A stretch of 64,000 nt of DNA from an uncultured bacterium (GCA_963749495.1 CAVVMW010000001.1:1-64000), one strand, 5' to 3'. Shown: positions 21,310-31,360, counted from the first letter of the stretch. Notes: generated by a model from the sequence alone, not told the origin. Made by a program: numbers and translations.

Positions 21310-21782
21310 TGCGCACCCCGCTTTCTCTGCCCGGCGGGCGGCTTCTTGTCCATCGCCTCGGCCGGGGTGAGCGACTCCGGGGCCTCGAAGAGCAGTGTCC
21401 GCAATTCGTAGATCGCCTGCTTGGTCTTGGTGTGTTCGATGGTGAGGGTGACGTCGTGCAGGCCCTGGAGACCGGCGGCGCTGATCGTCTGCCGCCAGCG
21501 GTAGAGCGAAAGGCCCGCCCCGCACTCGCCCTCCAGGTCCGTGCCATCGGTGAGCCCGCCTTCGGCGCGCAGGGTCTCGATCTGGCCGGCCGCAATGAGG
21601 GCGGCAGTGGTTTGCAGCTCGGACTCTTTGTGGGAATTCAGGGCGGTGGTCAGCCCTTGGGTGAGCCCGGCCAGGGCCACCCCGAGGATCAGGACGGCGC
21701 AGAGGACCTCGACCAGGGAGAAGCCGCAGGCGAATGACGAATGACGAATGACGAATGACGAATGACGAATGACGAGTTTCAT
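21306..21782 (-). CDS. gspI: Minor pseudopilin GspI
   Basis: ATG at 21782 overlaps the gspH stop; G|FSLVEVL prepilin motif; leader is made of 6 heptamer repeats. Confidence 0.85.
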   Translation of the reverse strand: MKLVIRHSSFVIRHSSFACGFSLVEVLCAVLILGVALAGLTQGLTTALNSHKESELQTTAALIAAGQIETLRAEGGLTDGTDLEGECGAGLSLYRWRQTISAAGLQGLHDVTLTIEHTKTKQAIYELRTLLFEAPESLTPAEAMDKKPPAGQRKRGAQ

Positions 21783-22414
21783 TCTCTTCCCAGGTCGAGG
21801 ATTCGGACTCGAGCGGTGATCGGGTTGAGCCGCAGGCACAGGCGGAAGCCATCCCGGTCCTGTAACAGCACTTGGGCAGCCTCGGCAGTGCCGTCGGGGT
21901 AAAACTCGATGTCGAGGCTCCGCCCTTGCTCCGGGCCCTCGCGGGCGGCCCCGGCAGCCTCCGGGCCCTGCTCCCCCTGCTCGAGGGCGGCGTCCGCCGA
22001 TTTGCGGATCTCGATGGCAATGCGCCTGTCCAGTTCGCCCTGGCCACCCAGGACTTCTGTGGCGGGGACGAACTGGTCTCTGCTGCCGCCCCGGCCTGTG
22101 CGCTTCTCGATGAGATAGCGGCCGGAGTCCGGCTCCAGCCGCACCCGGTGGGCCAAGTTCAGGCTGATGGCGCGGGTCGAGGCGAGGCTGAAAACGCCGA
22201 CCAATTCCCGCCCGGTCGAGCGCAACAGGGCGTCGCCAAAGGTGCCCTTCATCTCCGGGATAATCATCGCGCTCACAATCCCCAGCAGCACAATCACCAC
22301 CATCAACTCGAGCAGCGTGAAGGCGCGCGGGCAGCATCGAGCGTGGGGTCCGACGGGTCGGACCTGTCGGACCGGTCGGACAGCAGCCAACGAGCGTGGG
22401 TTCTCAATTCTCAA
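21779..22414 (-). CDS. gspH: Minor pseudopilin GspH/FimT-like (start uncertain)
   Basis: RA|FTLLELMVV prepilin motif; C-terminal IEFYPDGT. Confidence 0.85.
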   Translation of the reverse strand: MRIENPRSLAAVRPVRQVRPVGPHARCCPRAFTLLELMVVIVLLGIVSAMIIPEMKGTFGDALLRSTGRELVGVFSLASTRAISLNLAHRVRLEPDSGRYLIEKRTGRGGSRDQFVPATEVLGGQGELDRRIAIEIRKSADAALEQGEQGPEAAGAAREGPEQGRSLDIEFYPDGTAEAAQVLLQDRDGFRLCLRLNPITARVRILDLGRE

Positions 22415-22458
22415 TTCTCAACTCCTGTCGTGATGCCCGATTCGTCCCGTCCCGCGGC

Positions 22459-22896
22459 CTAATCGCTCCAGTTGCCGATGTCCGCCCCCTGGCCTTCGCC
22501 GCCGTCGACGCCATCGGCGCCTCGGGACCAGAGGTCGTAACTGACCGGGTGATGGATGCCCGGGATGCGGTACTGGTAGGGGTTGCCCCATGGGTCGCGG
22601 CGCAACTCCCGGATATAGGGGCCGCGCCATCTCTTCTCATCGCCGGTGGGCGATTCGACCAGGACCTTGAGCCCTTCGTCCATCGTGGGGTAGCGGTCCA
22701 TGTGGACGTAGAACCGTTCCAGAGCGGACTCGAGGTCGGCAACGTGGCTCTTGGCGGCGCTCACCCTGGCGTCGTGGGTGGTGCCCATGAACTGCGGGAC
22801 CAGCGTGGCGGCCAGGACGCCGAGGATGACCACCACCACCATGATCTCGATCAGGGTAAAGCCCTGCGAGCGTCTCTCGGATATTCGTGTGTTCAT
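22459..22896 (-). CDS. gspG: Major pseudopilin GspG
   Basis: QG|FTLIEIMVVVVILGVLA, WRGPY, DPWGNPYQY, SRGADG and DIGNW. Confidence 0.95.
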   Translation of the reverse strand: MNTRISERRSQGFTLIEIMVVVVILGVLAATLVPQFMGTTHDARVSAAKSHVADLESALERFYVHMDRYPTMDEGLKVLVESPTGDEKRWRGPYIRELRRDPWGNPYQYRIPGIHHPVSYDLWSRGADGVDGGEGQGADIGNWSD

Positions 22897-22903
22897 ATCA
22901 TGT

Positions 22904-24155
22904 TCAATGAATGGCCCGGCTCATCTTGAAGATGGGCAGGAGCAAGGCCAGCACCATGAATCCCACCACCGCGCCGACGACCAGGATCAAAATCGGCGCC
23001 AGCAGCGAGATCACTGTCTTGGTCCGCGTCCGCATGTGGCGCTCTTCCATCTCGGCCACGCGCAGGAGCATCTCGTCGAGCTTGCCGCTCTCTTCGCCGA
23101 CATCAACCATCTGCACGGCCGTCTTGGGAAAGAGGTTCAACTTGCGCAAGGGCGTGGCCAGCGAATCGCCGCCGCGCGTCTCCTCGGCCACCTGCGCGAT
23201 CTGGCGCGCCAGGACACGGTTGCCGATGGTGTTCTCGACGATCTTGAGCGCGGGCAGGAGCGAGACGCCGCTCCGGGCCAGCGTTCCCAGGGTGCGGGCG
23301 AACCGGCTCAAGGCCGCCGCCCGGAAGACCGGTCCCAGCAACGGCAACCGCAGCTTGAGCTTGTCCAGGACCTCCGCCCCGCCCGGGGAGCGAACATACG
23401 AGCGCAGCCCGGCCGCCACGCCCACCAAGCCGGCCAGGAACCACGGCCAATAACTGTGGAGCGTGCTGCTGACCTTGAGCAGGATCACCGTCGGCAGCGG
23501 CAGCACCGTGAGCATCTCCTGCAGCATCCCGAAAAGCCGCGGCAATACCACCGTCAGCAGCAACGTCACCGTGAAAATCCCGAAGCAGAGCACGAAGATC
23601 GGGTAGGCCACCGCCACCACCACCTCGCTGCGCACCTCGTCCTCGTGTTCGAGCAGGTCCGCCAGGTCGCTCATCACCTTGGGCAGCGCCCCCGCCTCCT
23701 CGCCCACCCGCACCATGTTCACATAGAGCTTGCTGAACGGGCGCGGGTGCTCGTCCAGGGCGGCCGAAAAGGATGACCCCCGGCGCACCGAGTCTGCCAG
23801 CTTGAGGATGAGCTGGTGCATGGCGGGGTTCTCCTCCTGCTCGCCCAGGCCGCTCAGGGCCTGCGGGATCGGGATGGTCGCGCCCGAGCAGCGCGCTCAT
23901 CTCCCGCGTGAAGGCGGTGATGTCCTTCCGCTTGGCCCGCCCGCCAGAGGCCCGGGCGCCGCCCTGGGCGGCGCTCAGGGGCACGGGCAGCGCCGCCGCG
24001 CCGGCGCTGCCGTTGCCAGTCCCCGCCTCGAGCAGGGAAGGGTAAAGCCCGCGCTGGCCCAGGACCTGGAGCGCAGCCTTGCGGTCCTCCGCCTCGATCA
24101 CGCCTTGGACGGGCGCGCCGGTGGCCTCGATGGCCTGGTAGTGGAAGGACGTCAT
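22904..24155 (-). CDS. gspF: T2SS inner-membrane platform protein (frameshift near 23880)
   Basis: MTSFHYQAIEATG and FTREMSALL; then LYVNMVRVGEEAG, RFARTLGTL, GEESGKLDEML and LLPIF. Confidence 0.92.
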
Positions 24156-24160
24156 CGAGG

Positions 24161-25707
24161 TCACTCCAGGAGATCGCCCGACGAGACTCTGAGGATCTCC
24201 TCGAGCGAGGTAATGCCGGCAGCGGCCTTTTGCAGGGCGTCCTGGTGCATGGTCATCATGCCGCGTTGGGCGGTCGCTTTGAGTTCGGCGTTCGAGCGTT
24301 TCTGGAGGATCAACTCCTTCATCTCGTTGTCGAGGGCCAGCAGCTCGAACATGCCAATCCGGCCCTTGTAGCCGGTGCCGCGGCATTCCTCGCAGCCGCG
24401 CCCGATATAAAAGGTCCCTTCGATGCGGTTGGCGCCGAGTTCTTCGAGCCGCTCGCGGACGGCGGGGGCCACGGGGGCCACGGCCTTGCACTGGGGGCAG
24501 AGCCTGCGGACCAGCCGCTGAGCCAGCACCCCTTCGAGCGAGGATGAAATCAGGTAGGCCTCCACGCCCATGTCCAGCAGGCGGGTCACCGCGCCGGTCG
24601 AGTCGTTGGTGTGAAGCGTGCTGAAGACCTGGTGCCCGGTCAGCGCCGCGCGGATGGCGATCTCGGCCGTCTCCGAATCGCGGATTTCGCCGACCATGAT
24701 GACGTCAGGGTCCTGGCGGAGGATGGAGCGCAGGCCGTTGGCGAAAGTGAAGTTGCGGGTTGGCCGGACGGGGATCTGCGCCACGCCCGGCAATTCGTAT
24801 TCGACGGGGTCCTCGATGGTCACTATCTTCTTCTCCGGGGTGTAGATGCTCTTGAGGATCGAGTAGAGGGAGGTGGTCTTGCCGCTGCCGGTCGGGCCGG
24901 TCGCCAGGAACAGGCCGTAGCGGTTTGGTCGACCAGCTTGGAGAGCAGGGCGGCGCGTTCGTCGTCCAGGCCCAGCTCCTGGGCGGTGAGGAGCTTGGAG
25001 GTCTTTTCGAGCAGGCGCAGGACCATGCCCTCCCCGTAAATGGTCGGCAAGGTGCCAACCCGGATGTCCACCCGGATGCCGCGGTGGTTGATCTGGATAT
25101 GGCCGTCCTGGGGCATGTAGCGTTCGGCGATGTTCATGTCCGCCATGATCTTGATGCGCGAGATGAGCGCGGCATGAAGCTGCCTGGAGGGCGGCGGTTT
25201 CTCCTGCAACAACCCGTCAATGCGGTAGCGCAACTGCACGCTCTCCTCGAAGGGCACAAGATGGATGTCGCTCGCCCGGTCCCGGATGGCCTCGGAGATG
25301 ATCAGGTTCACCAGGTTGATGACCGTCGGCTCGTTGGCCATCACCTCGATGTCGTGCAGGTTCTTGCCCTCGATGGATGCCGCCCCCTCCGGGTTGAGGT
25401 TCTCGACCATCTTCTCAACCGTCATCTGGTAGCACTCGGCCATTTTCTCGAGGATCTCGTTGGCCGGGGCCTCGACCTCCTCAACTTCCAGGCCGGTGAT
25501 GAGCCGCACGTCCTCGATGACCTGCAGGTCTCCAGGCTGCGCCGTGGCAATGCGGATCGTGCCGTTCTGCAGCGCCAGGGGCAGAACGCGCCGCTGCTTG
25601 ACGAAATCAGGCGGCAACGCCCGGATAACCTCCGCCGGTATTTGCAACTGCGCCAGGCCGTGCGGCCGGGAACCTCGCCCTCCGGCAAAGCCGTTGTTCA
25701 AATCCAC
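24161..25707 (-). CDS. gspE: T2SS assembly ATPase (frameshift near 24920; start uncertain)
   Basis: [24 protein letters not shown] (after the shift), [32 protein letters not shown] and Cys motifs. Confidence 0.93.
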
Positions 25708-25918
25708 CGATCAACCAACCACCTGGCCGCCTGACTCGACCTCGCTCATAGCTCTCCAGACCAAACATGCGTTAATGACTGCCGATCCAACTCCCGATCC
25801 CGGGCCCTGCAAACAAAACAAAACCACCCCCACCACCACCTCCAAGGCGTCCGCACACCTTCTATAGACGGATTTGACAATCCAAACCCTCAAAAGTTGC
25901 GCAAAAATGTGGTTTATT

Positions 25919-25947
25919 ATCATAGACCCAACAGACCGGGTTGTCAC
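25919..25947 (-). promoter_or_regulatory. Candidate sigma70-type promoter for the gsp operon
   Basis: Minus strand GTGACA-17 nt-TATGAT in an AT-rich patch, pointing toward gspE. Confidence 0.45.
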
Positions 25948-25969
25948 GGTTTTGTAAAAAATGAGCCCC

Positions 25970-26176
25970 CGGCCCAAAGGGCCGGCAGAGCCTAGCCCAG
26001 GGCTGAGGCCGCAGGCCGATGCCCTGGGAAGATTGTTTACAGAACCAAGCGCGCCCTGAAAGGGCGCAAGACTCTGGCGCCCCCTTCAGGGCGCGTGCTC
26101 CGCTTCTGCAACGAAACCCAGGGCATCGGCCTGACGGCCTCAGCCCTGGGCTAGGCTCTGGCGGCCCTTTGGGCCG
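25970..26176. repeat. Long palindromic repeat (GCCCTGAAAGGGC family), copy 1
   Basis: Inverted arms of about 60 bp (CGGCCCAAAGGGCCG..CCTAGCCCAGGGCTGAGGCC..GGCCGATGCCCTGGG); homologous to 61921..62252. Confidence 0.88.
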
Positions 26177-26238
26177 CGACGAGGCGCGCGCCGGTATTGG
26201 TTGGCCAAGTTGCTTGTTTTCCTCCGCACCCCCCCACC

Positions 26239-26460
26239 TCACTTCAGCCACGCGCAGTACGCCCACCACGCGACGGCCGCCAGGCCCGCCAGGAGGAGCA
26301 ACACCAGGAGGACCTTGAGCAGGAGTTTGGTCAGTTTGAACGCCAGCGCCAGGAGGACGAGCGCTATCAGGGCGAGCAGGACCAGTCCCACGGTCCCGAC
26401 TTGGGCGTGGAGCTGCCTGAAGAGGTCCGTCACCCGGACCGCGCCCGGTGTGTGAGTCAC
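26239..26460 (-). CDS. Small hydrophobic membrane protein
   Basis: Two Leu-rich TM segments; start overlaps the stop of the upstream transglycosylase. Confidence 0.55.
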   Translation of the reverse strand: MTHTPGAVRVTDLFRQLHAQVGTVGLVLLALIALVLLALAFKLTKLLLKVLLVLLLLAGLAAVAWWAYCAWLK

Positions 26461-27010
26461 CTGAACCTCGCCCGGTAAGAGTCGAATCGCGCCATGACCC
26501 GTTTCACGTAGGCCTTGGTTGCCGGGAAGCCGATCTGCTCGACGAAGACCGCGCTATTGGTCGCGGCGGCGCCCTGGTTCCACTTGAGCACGTTGGCGCG
26601 TCCGGCGTTGTAATCGGCCAGGGCGTAAGCGATCGGGTTGTCCGTTCGGGCATAGCGCCTGAGCAACTTCTTCAAATACCAGGTCCCTGCCAGGGTATTG
26701 GTGCGCGGGTCCAGGCACTGCTCGTGCTCGAAGCGGGCAATCCGTTCCGCCTCCGCCCACTCCCGGGCGGCGACCTCCCGGAGTTGCATCAGGCCGATCT
26801 CCTGCGCCCGCCCCCGGGCCGAGGGTTGAAGCGGCTCTCGCGCCAGACCACCGCCTTGACCAGCGCCGGCTCAACGCCATACCGCCAGGCCGCAGCCCGA
26901 ATCGGCACGTCCTGGCTGCGCTCAAGCCGCCCCTGCCACCACCAATACAGCGACACGCTGCCCGCCAGGAGACACAGCAGGACAATCCAGGGCAAGCGGC
27001 GCTCTTTCAC
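26457..27010 (-). CDS. Lytic transglycosylase (SLT domain; frameshift near 26810)
   Basis: LVKAVVWRESRFNP, GLMQL, AGTWYL, ALADYNAG and TKAYVKRV. Confidence 0.9.
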
Positions 27011-27160
27011 GACCCTCTTCTACCTGCCTTGATGTCCCGCGTCGAGGGCAGAACCATTTGATTCGCCAGGAGAAGGCAAAATCATTCCTGGCAAAATCAT
27101 TACAAAGGCGGGCCGGTTGCCCTGAACTTTTGTTTGCCCCGGGGCGGCGGGTTGAACATG

Positions 27161-27279
27161 CTAGAGTCCTTGAATTTCAAAACGTGATGCAGACAGGTCA
27201 AGTTTGTGGCACGGGCATCCTGCCCGTGGGGGGCTTGGGCAGGATGCCCGAGCCACGGTCTGAGGCCCAGCCTCGCTAG
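27161..27279 (+). mobile_element. 114/115-bp CTAG-flanked repeat, copy 3 (intergenic)
   Basis: CTAG at 27161-27164 and 27276-27279; one extra base relative to copy 1, in a G run. Confidence 0.88.
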
Positions 27280-27304
27280 TTCTATCCATGAACCGAGGTC
27301 CGAT

Positions 27305-28003
27305 ATGAGCCGCATCCGGAAGGCCTACGTGGTCCGGTTCCGGGCGTTGCTGCAAGGGGTGGGGGCGCGGCGGGTCGAGCAGGGGGTGCAGTGGCTGATC
27401 AACAAGGCGCGGCGCAGGGGGAGCGGCGAAGGGATTCTCTTTTCCGAGGCGCTCGCTCGAGTCTATGAAGAACTGGCCGCGCGGCCGCGGTTTCAGCGGA
27501 CCAGGCCCGTGCCCGCCGCCCTCCGGTTTTTCTGCGATGCCGGGCTGGGCGGGCTGGCCCGCTGGTTGCGGGCGGCGGGCTATGACGCCCTCTGGGAGGC
27601 GGGGATAGACGACGACGAGTTGCTGCGCAAGGCGGCGAGCCAGTCGGCGGTCATCCTGACCACCGACAGCGTGCTCATGGAGCGGCGGCTCTTGCGGGAC
27701 GGGGTGATTCCGGGCTTGTGGGTGCCGCCGACGCTGACCATTGCCGAGCAATTGCGGCTGGTCTTTCGCGAGTTCGGGCTGAGGGTCGGGGAGTCGCGCT
27801 GCATGAGTTGCGGCGGGGTGCTGCGCCGCGCGCCCAAGGAATCGCTCCGGGCGCGCATCCCGCCCCGCACTTACCGCTGGCTGGACGAATTCTACGTCTG
27901 CAGCCGTTGCGACAAGTTGTTTTGGCACGGCACTCATTGGCAGAGCATCCGCAGCCAGTTGCAGGAGCTGGGTCCGGCGGAGCGCAGGGAGCGGGGAGCG
28001 TGA
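27305..28003 (+). CDS. Mut7-C RNase domain protein (PIN-like + Zn ribbon)
   Basis: FFCDAGLGGLARWLRAAGYD, ILTTD, RCMSCGG and CSRCDKLFWHGTH. Confidence 0.9.
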   Translation: MSRIRKAYVVRFRALLQGVGARRVEQGVQWLINKARRRGSGEGILFSEALARVYEELAARPRFQRTRPVPAALRFFCDAGLGGLARWLRAAGYDALWEAGIDDDELLRKAASQSAVILTTDSVLMERRLLRDGVIPGLWVPPTLTIAEQLRLVFREFGLRVGESRCMSCGGVLRRAPKESLRARIPPRTYRWLDEFYVCSRCDKLFWHGTHWQSIRSQLQELGPAERRERGA

Positions 28004-28066
28004 GCGCGCGGGGCGTCCGTCCGACCCGTCCTTGAACCCGAGAGCGAATCACCGTAGGATTTGTTT

Positions 28067-28906
28067 ATGGACATCGGCACATTGCGCGCGATCAACCCGC
28101 TGAGGCTGTGGCCGGGGTCGTTCATTCGCCGGGTGGGGCACGGCTTGTTTCTGCTGGTGCTGACGGTGCAGGGACTAGGGGCGTTTGCGCTCATTACGCT
28201 GGGGGTGATGCTGGGCAAATTCGGCGCGGCGCGGCGGGTCATCCATCCGCTGGTGTATGGGGAGACGTCGCGGGCGGGGACACGGCTGCTGCCGATGTTC
28301 CTGCTGGTGTCGGCCGTGCTGGGGCTTCTGGTGATTGGGCAGACGGTTTCGGTGCTGGAGCAGGTGGGGGCGATCGGCTACCTGGGGACGATCATGGTGA
28401 TCGTGGTGGTGCGGGAGCTGGGCCCGTTGCTGGCGGCGTTGCTGGTGCTGGCGCGGGTGGGTTCGGCCAACGTGATCGAACTGGGCACGGCGCGGGCGAT
28501 GGGGGAAGTGGAGGCGCTGGAGGCCCTGGGCATCGACCCGGTCCACTACCTGGTGATCCCGCGCGTGGCGGGGATGGCGCTGGGGGTGTTTTCGCTCACG
28601 GTCTATATGATTCTGGGGACGTTGTTGAGCGGGTATATCTGGGCGTTTTTGCAAAACGTGCCGCTGCGGCCCGGCGAGTACTTCACGCAACTGGCCGGCG
28701 CGCTCAGCGGGCTGGATTTTGTCCTGCTGGCCCTCAAGACCCTCGCCTTCGGGTTCATCGTCGCCCTCGTGACTTGCTACCATGGCCTGGCCCAGCCCCT
28801 GCGCCTGGAGGAGGTCTCCGGGGCCACTGTCCGCGCGGTCGTCCAAGGCATCATCGCCCTGGTTTTGATTGACGCCCTGTTCATCATCATTTACCTGGTG
28901 GCCTGA
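28067..28906 (+). CDS. mlaE: MlaE family ABC permease
   Basis: VVRELGPLLAAL, ELGT, EVEALEALGIDPVHYLVIPR and VTCYHG. Confidence 0.9.
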   Translation: MDIGTLRAINPLRLWPGSFIRRVGHGLFLLVLTVQGLGAFALITLGVMLGKFGAARRVIHPLVYGETSRAGTRLLPMFLLVSAVLGLLVIGQTVSVLEQVGAIGYLGTIMVIVVVRELGPLLAALLVLARVGSANVIELGTARAMGEVEALEALGIDPVHYLVIPRVAGMALGVFSLTVYMILGTLLSGYIWAFLQNVPLRPGEYFTQLAGALSGLDFVLLALKTLAFGFIVALVTCYHGLAQPLRLEEVSGATVRAVVQGIIALVLIDALFIIIYLVA

Positions 28907-28908
28907 CA

Positions 28909-29688
28909 ATGGGCACCCCTGTCATCCAGATGGAAGGCGTGGCGGTCAGCGCGATGCTGGACCCGGCCGTCGTGGTGGCCGAAGGAATCGATTGGACCGT
29001 CGCGGCCGGCGATTTCTGGGTCCTGGCCGGCTTGCAGGGGTCCGGCAAGAGCGATTTGCTCAGGATGACCGGCGGGGTGACGGCGCCCGCGCGGGGAAGC
29101 TATCGGCTGCTGGGGGAACAGATGCCGATCTTCGAGGGGGCGCGCCTGGCCACGCGTCTGCGGCTGGGCCTGGTCTTCGACGGCGGCCAATTGTTCAATC
29201 ACCTCACGGTGGCCGAGAACGTCGCCTTGCCCTTGCGCTACCATCGGAATCTCTCCGCCGCCGAGGCCTGGCCGGCGGTGGCCGAGATGCTCGAACGGCT
29301 CGAACTGGCGCCCTGGGCCCATAGCACGCCCGGCGCCATCGGCCGCAACCGGCAGAAACGCGCCGGCCTGGCCCGCGCCCTCATGCTCAAGCCCGAAATC
29401 CTCCTGGTGGACAACCCGCTGGGCGGGCTGGACCTGCGCGACACCTACTGGTGGCTGGGCTTTCTGGCTCAACTCTCCAAAGGCCACCCCATCGCCGACG
29501 GCCGGCCTGTGACCCTGGTGGTGACCGCGGCCGAGCTGCGCTCCTGGCAGGGACATGCCCGCCAGTTTGCCGTCCTCAAGGACCGCCGGCTCGCCGTGCT
29601 GGGCTCCTGGAACCAAGTGGCTGAGGCCGACCGCGAGCTGCTCCACGAATTGCTGTCGCAACCACAGGCCACAGTCCAGAAGGAATGA
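28909..29688 (+). CDS. MlaF-like ABC ATP-binding protein with degenerate catalytic motifs
   Basis: Walker A GLQGSGKS and LTVAENVALPL present; signature reads IGRNR, Walker B reads ILLVDNP, H-loop reads VVTA. Confidence 0.85.
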   Translation: MGTPVIQMEGVAVSAMLDPAVVVAEGIDWTVAAGDFWVLAGLQGSGKSDLLRMTGGVTAPARGSYRLLGEQMPIFEGARLATRLRLGLVFDGGQLFNHLTVAENVALPLRYHRNLSAAEAWPAVAEMLERLELAPWAHSTPGAIGRNRQKRAGLARALMLKPEILLVDNPLGGLDLRDTYWWLGFLAQLSKGHPIADGRPVTLVVTAAELRSWQGHARQFAVLKDRRLAVLGSWNQVAEADRELLHELLSQPQATVQKE

Positions 29689-29945
29689 CGAATGACGAAT
29701 GACGAATGACGAAAGCCGAAAACCTGCCCTGCGGGCAGGGTTGACAGGCTCGAAACCGCTATGCCCAGTCCCACGCCACCACCACCCATTCGTCATTCGT
29801 CATTCGCCATCGGTCATTCGTCATTCGTCATTCGTCATTCGTCATTCGTCATTCGTCATCGGTCATTCGTCATTCGTCATTCGTCATTCGCCATCGGTCA
29901 TTCGTCATTCGTCATTCGTCATTCGTCATTCGTCATTCGTCATTC
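29683..29945. repeat. Opposed heptamer arrays (GAATGAC)x4 and (CATTCGT)x~22
   Basis: Arrays at 29683-29710 and 29787-29945, read directly; same unit as in the gspI leader. Confidence 0.95.
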
Positions 29946-29978
29946 TAACCCCACCTCCCCCCTACCTCGCTTCCTCCC

Positions 29979-31259
29979 ATGCCCCTGCAAGATCTAACCC
30001 CGCAGTTGCGCACGCGCCTGAGCCGGATGGAGCGGGCGGTGGGCTGGTTTGTGACACTGGCCCTGCTCCTGTTGCTCTTCGGCTTTGCCTATTACGTCTA
30101 TCACACTGCCGAGAACAAAGGCTGGTTCCTGACCAAGGCCCCTTATTATGTCTATGTCAACAGCGCCAGCGGCCTTAGAGTGGGCGACCCGGTGATGTTG
30201 ATGGGCTCGCCTGCGGGCGCTATCACCCAGATCACGCCGATGGCGGCCGACAACTTCGCGCACAACATTTACGTGCAGTTCGACCTCGCCGCGCCGCATT
30301 ATGACTATATCTGGACGGACGGGTCAAGGGCCAAGCTGGCGGCCTCCGGCCTGCTGGACAAGCGGGTGTTGGAGGTCACGCGCGGCACAGGCGGCTATCT
30401 CAGCTACATCTCAAATCCCCTGGACAAGCTCACGATCCAGGATGCGTCGAACCGGTCGGATCTGCAGGATTGGGCGCTGGCCCAGGAGGTCTATGATACG
30501 TCGGGCATCGAGTTGCTGGGCCAGCCTAAGTGGCCGCTGACCAACTTGGCCGCCATCGCCGCCATCGGCTACACCCAACTGTGCATCATGAACCTCAAGC
30601 AGACCCGCAAATCGCTGACCGGGATCTGGAATGACAAAAAGTACCGCTACGACTCCTTCACCTCGTCCAGCAAATATGGCTTGCGCATGGAAGAATCGCC
30701 CGCCGTCACTGAGCAGATTCAGCAACTGGTGGCCCGGGTCCAGCAGGCCCTGCCCAACGTCTTCCGGCTGACCAATCAACTGGCCAACGTCCTCTCCAAC
30801 AGCGCCAACCTCACCTCGAACCTCAACGTGGTCGTCCTGGACACCCGCCCCGCGATCAGCAATCTCACCCTCCTCACCGCCCAGATCAACCGGCCCGGCG
30901 CCCTGGGCGAATGGCTGCTGCCCACCAACCTCAACCGCCAACTCGAACACACCCTGGCCCAATCCGATGCCGCCATCCTCTCCGCCAACACCAACCTGGC
31001 CGCCCTGGCGGAGAACCTCGGCCGTTCGCTGGACAACCTGGCCGGCATCACCAGCAACCTCAATGCCCAGGTCCAGGCCAACACCAACATGCTCAGTGCC
31101 ATCTCACAAACCATCATTCACTCCGATCAACTCATCCAGGGCCTCAAGCATCATTGGCTCCTGCGCTCCGCCTTCCGCACCCCCAAGACCAACGCCCCGC
31201 CAAAGGCGCCGCGGACCTCCCGACAGAAGCCCCTGGCCTTTCCCAGGGAGAAGGAGTGA
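29979..31259 (+). CDS. MlaD/MCE family protein
   Basis: TM, then SASGLRVGDPVMLMG..AGAITQI (MCE), coiled coils and HWLLRS. Confidence 0.85.
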   Translation: MPLQDLTPQLRTRLSRMERAVGWFVTLALLLLLFGFAYYVYHTAENKGWFLTKAPYYVYVNSASGLRVGDPVMLMGSPAGAITQITPMAADNFAHNIYVQFDLAAPHYDYIWTDGSRAKLAASGLLDKRVLEVTRGTGGYLSYISNPLDKLTIQDASNRSDLQDWALAQEVYDTSGIELLGQPKWPLTNLAAIAAIGYTQLCIMNLKQTRKSLTGIWNDKKYRYDSFTSSSKYGLRMEESPAVTEQIQQLVARVQQALPNVFRLTNQLANVLSNSANLTSNLNVVVLDTRPAISNLTLLTAQINRPGALGEWLLPTNLNRQLEHTLAQSDAAILSANTNLAALAENLGRSLDNLAGITSNLNAQVQANTNMLSAISQTIIHSDQLIQGLKHHWLLRSAFRTPKTNAPPKAPRTSRQKPLAFPREKE

Positions 31260-31360
31260 CCGCCTGCTGTCCCCAAGGGACATTCCCGGAGTGGTTCGCC
31301 AAACCTAACAATGCTACCCGGTCGTCAGGTTGCCCTACAGTGTGTGGTGACCAACCATGC

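Noticed and set aside
29787..29945. CRISPR array
   Set aside because: Contiguous 7-nt units with no unique spacers, and no cas genes in the window.
29699..30178. ORFs with VIRHSSF repeats as real proteins
   Set aside because: They are translations of the heptamer array and overlap the MCE gene out of frame.
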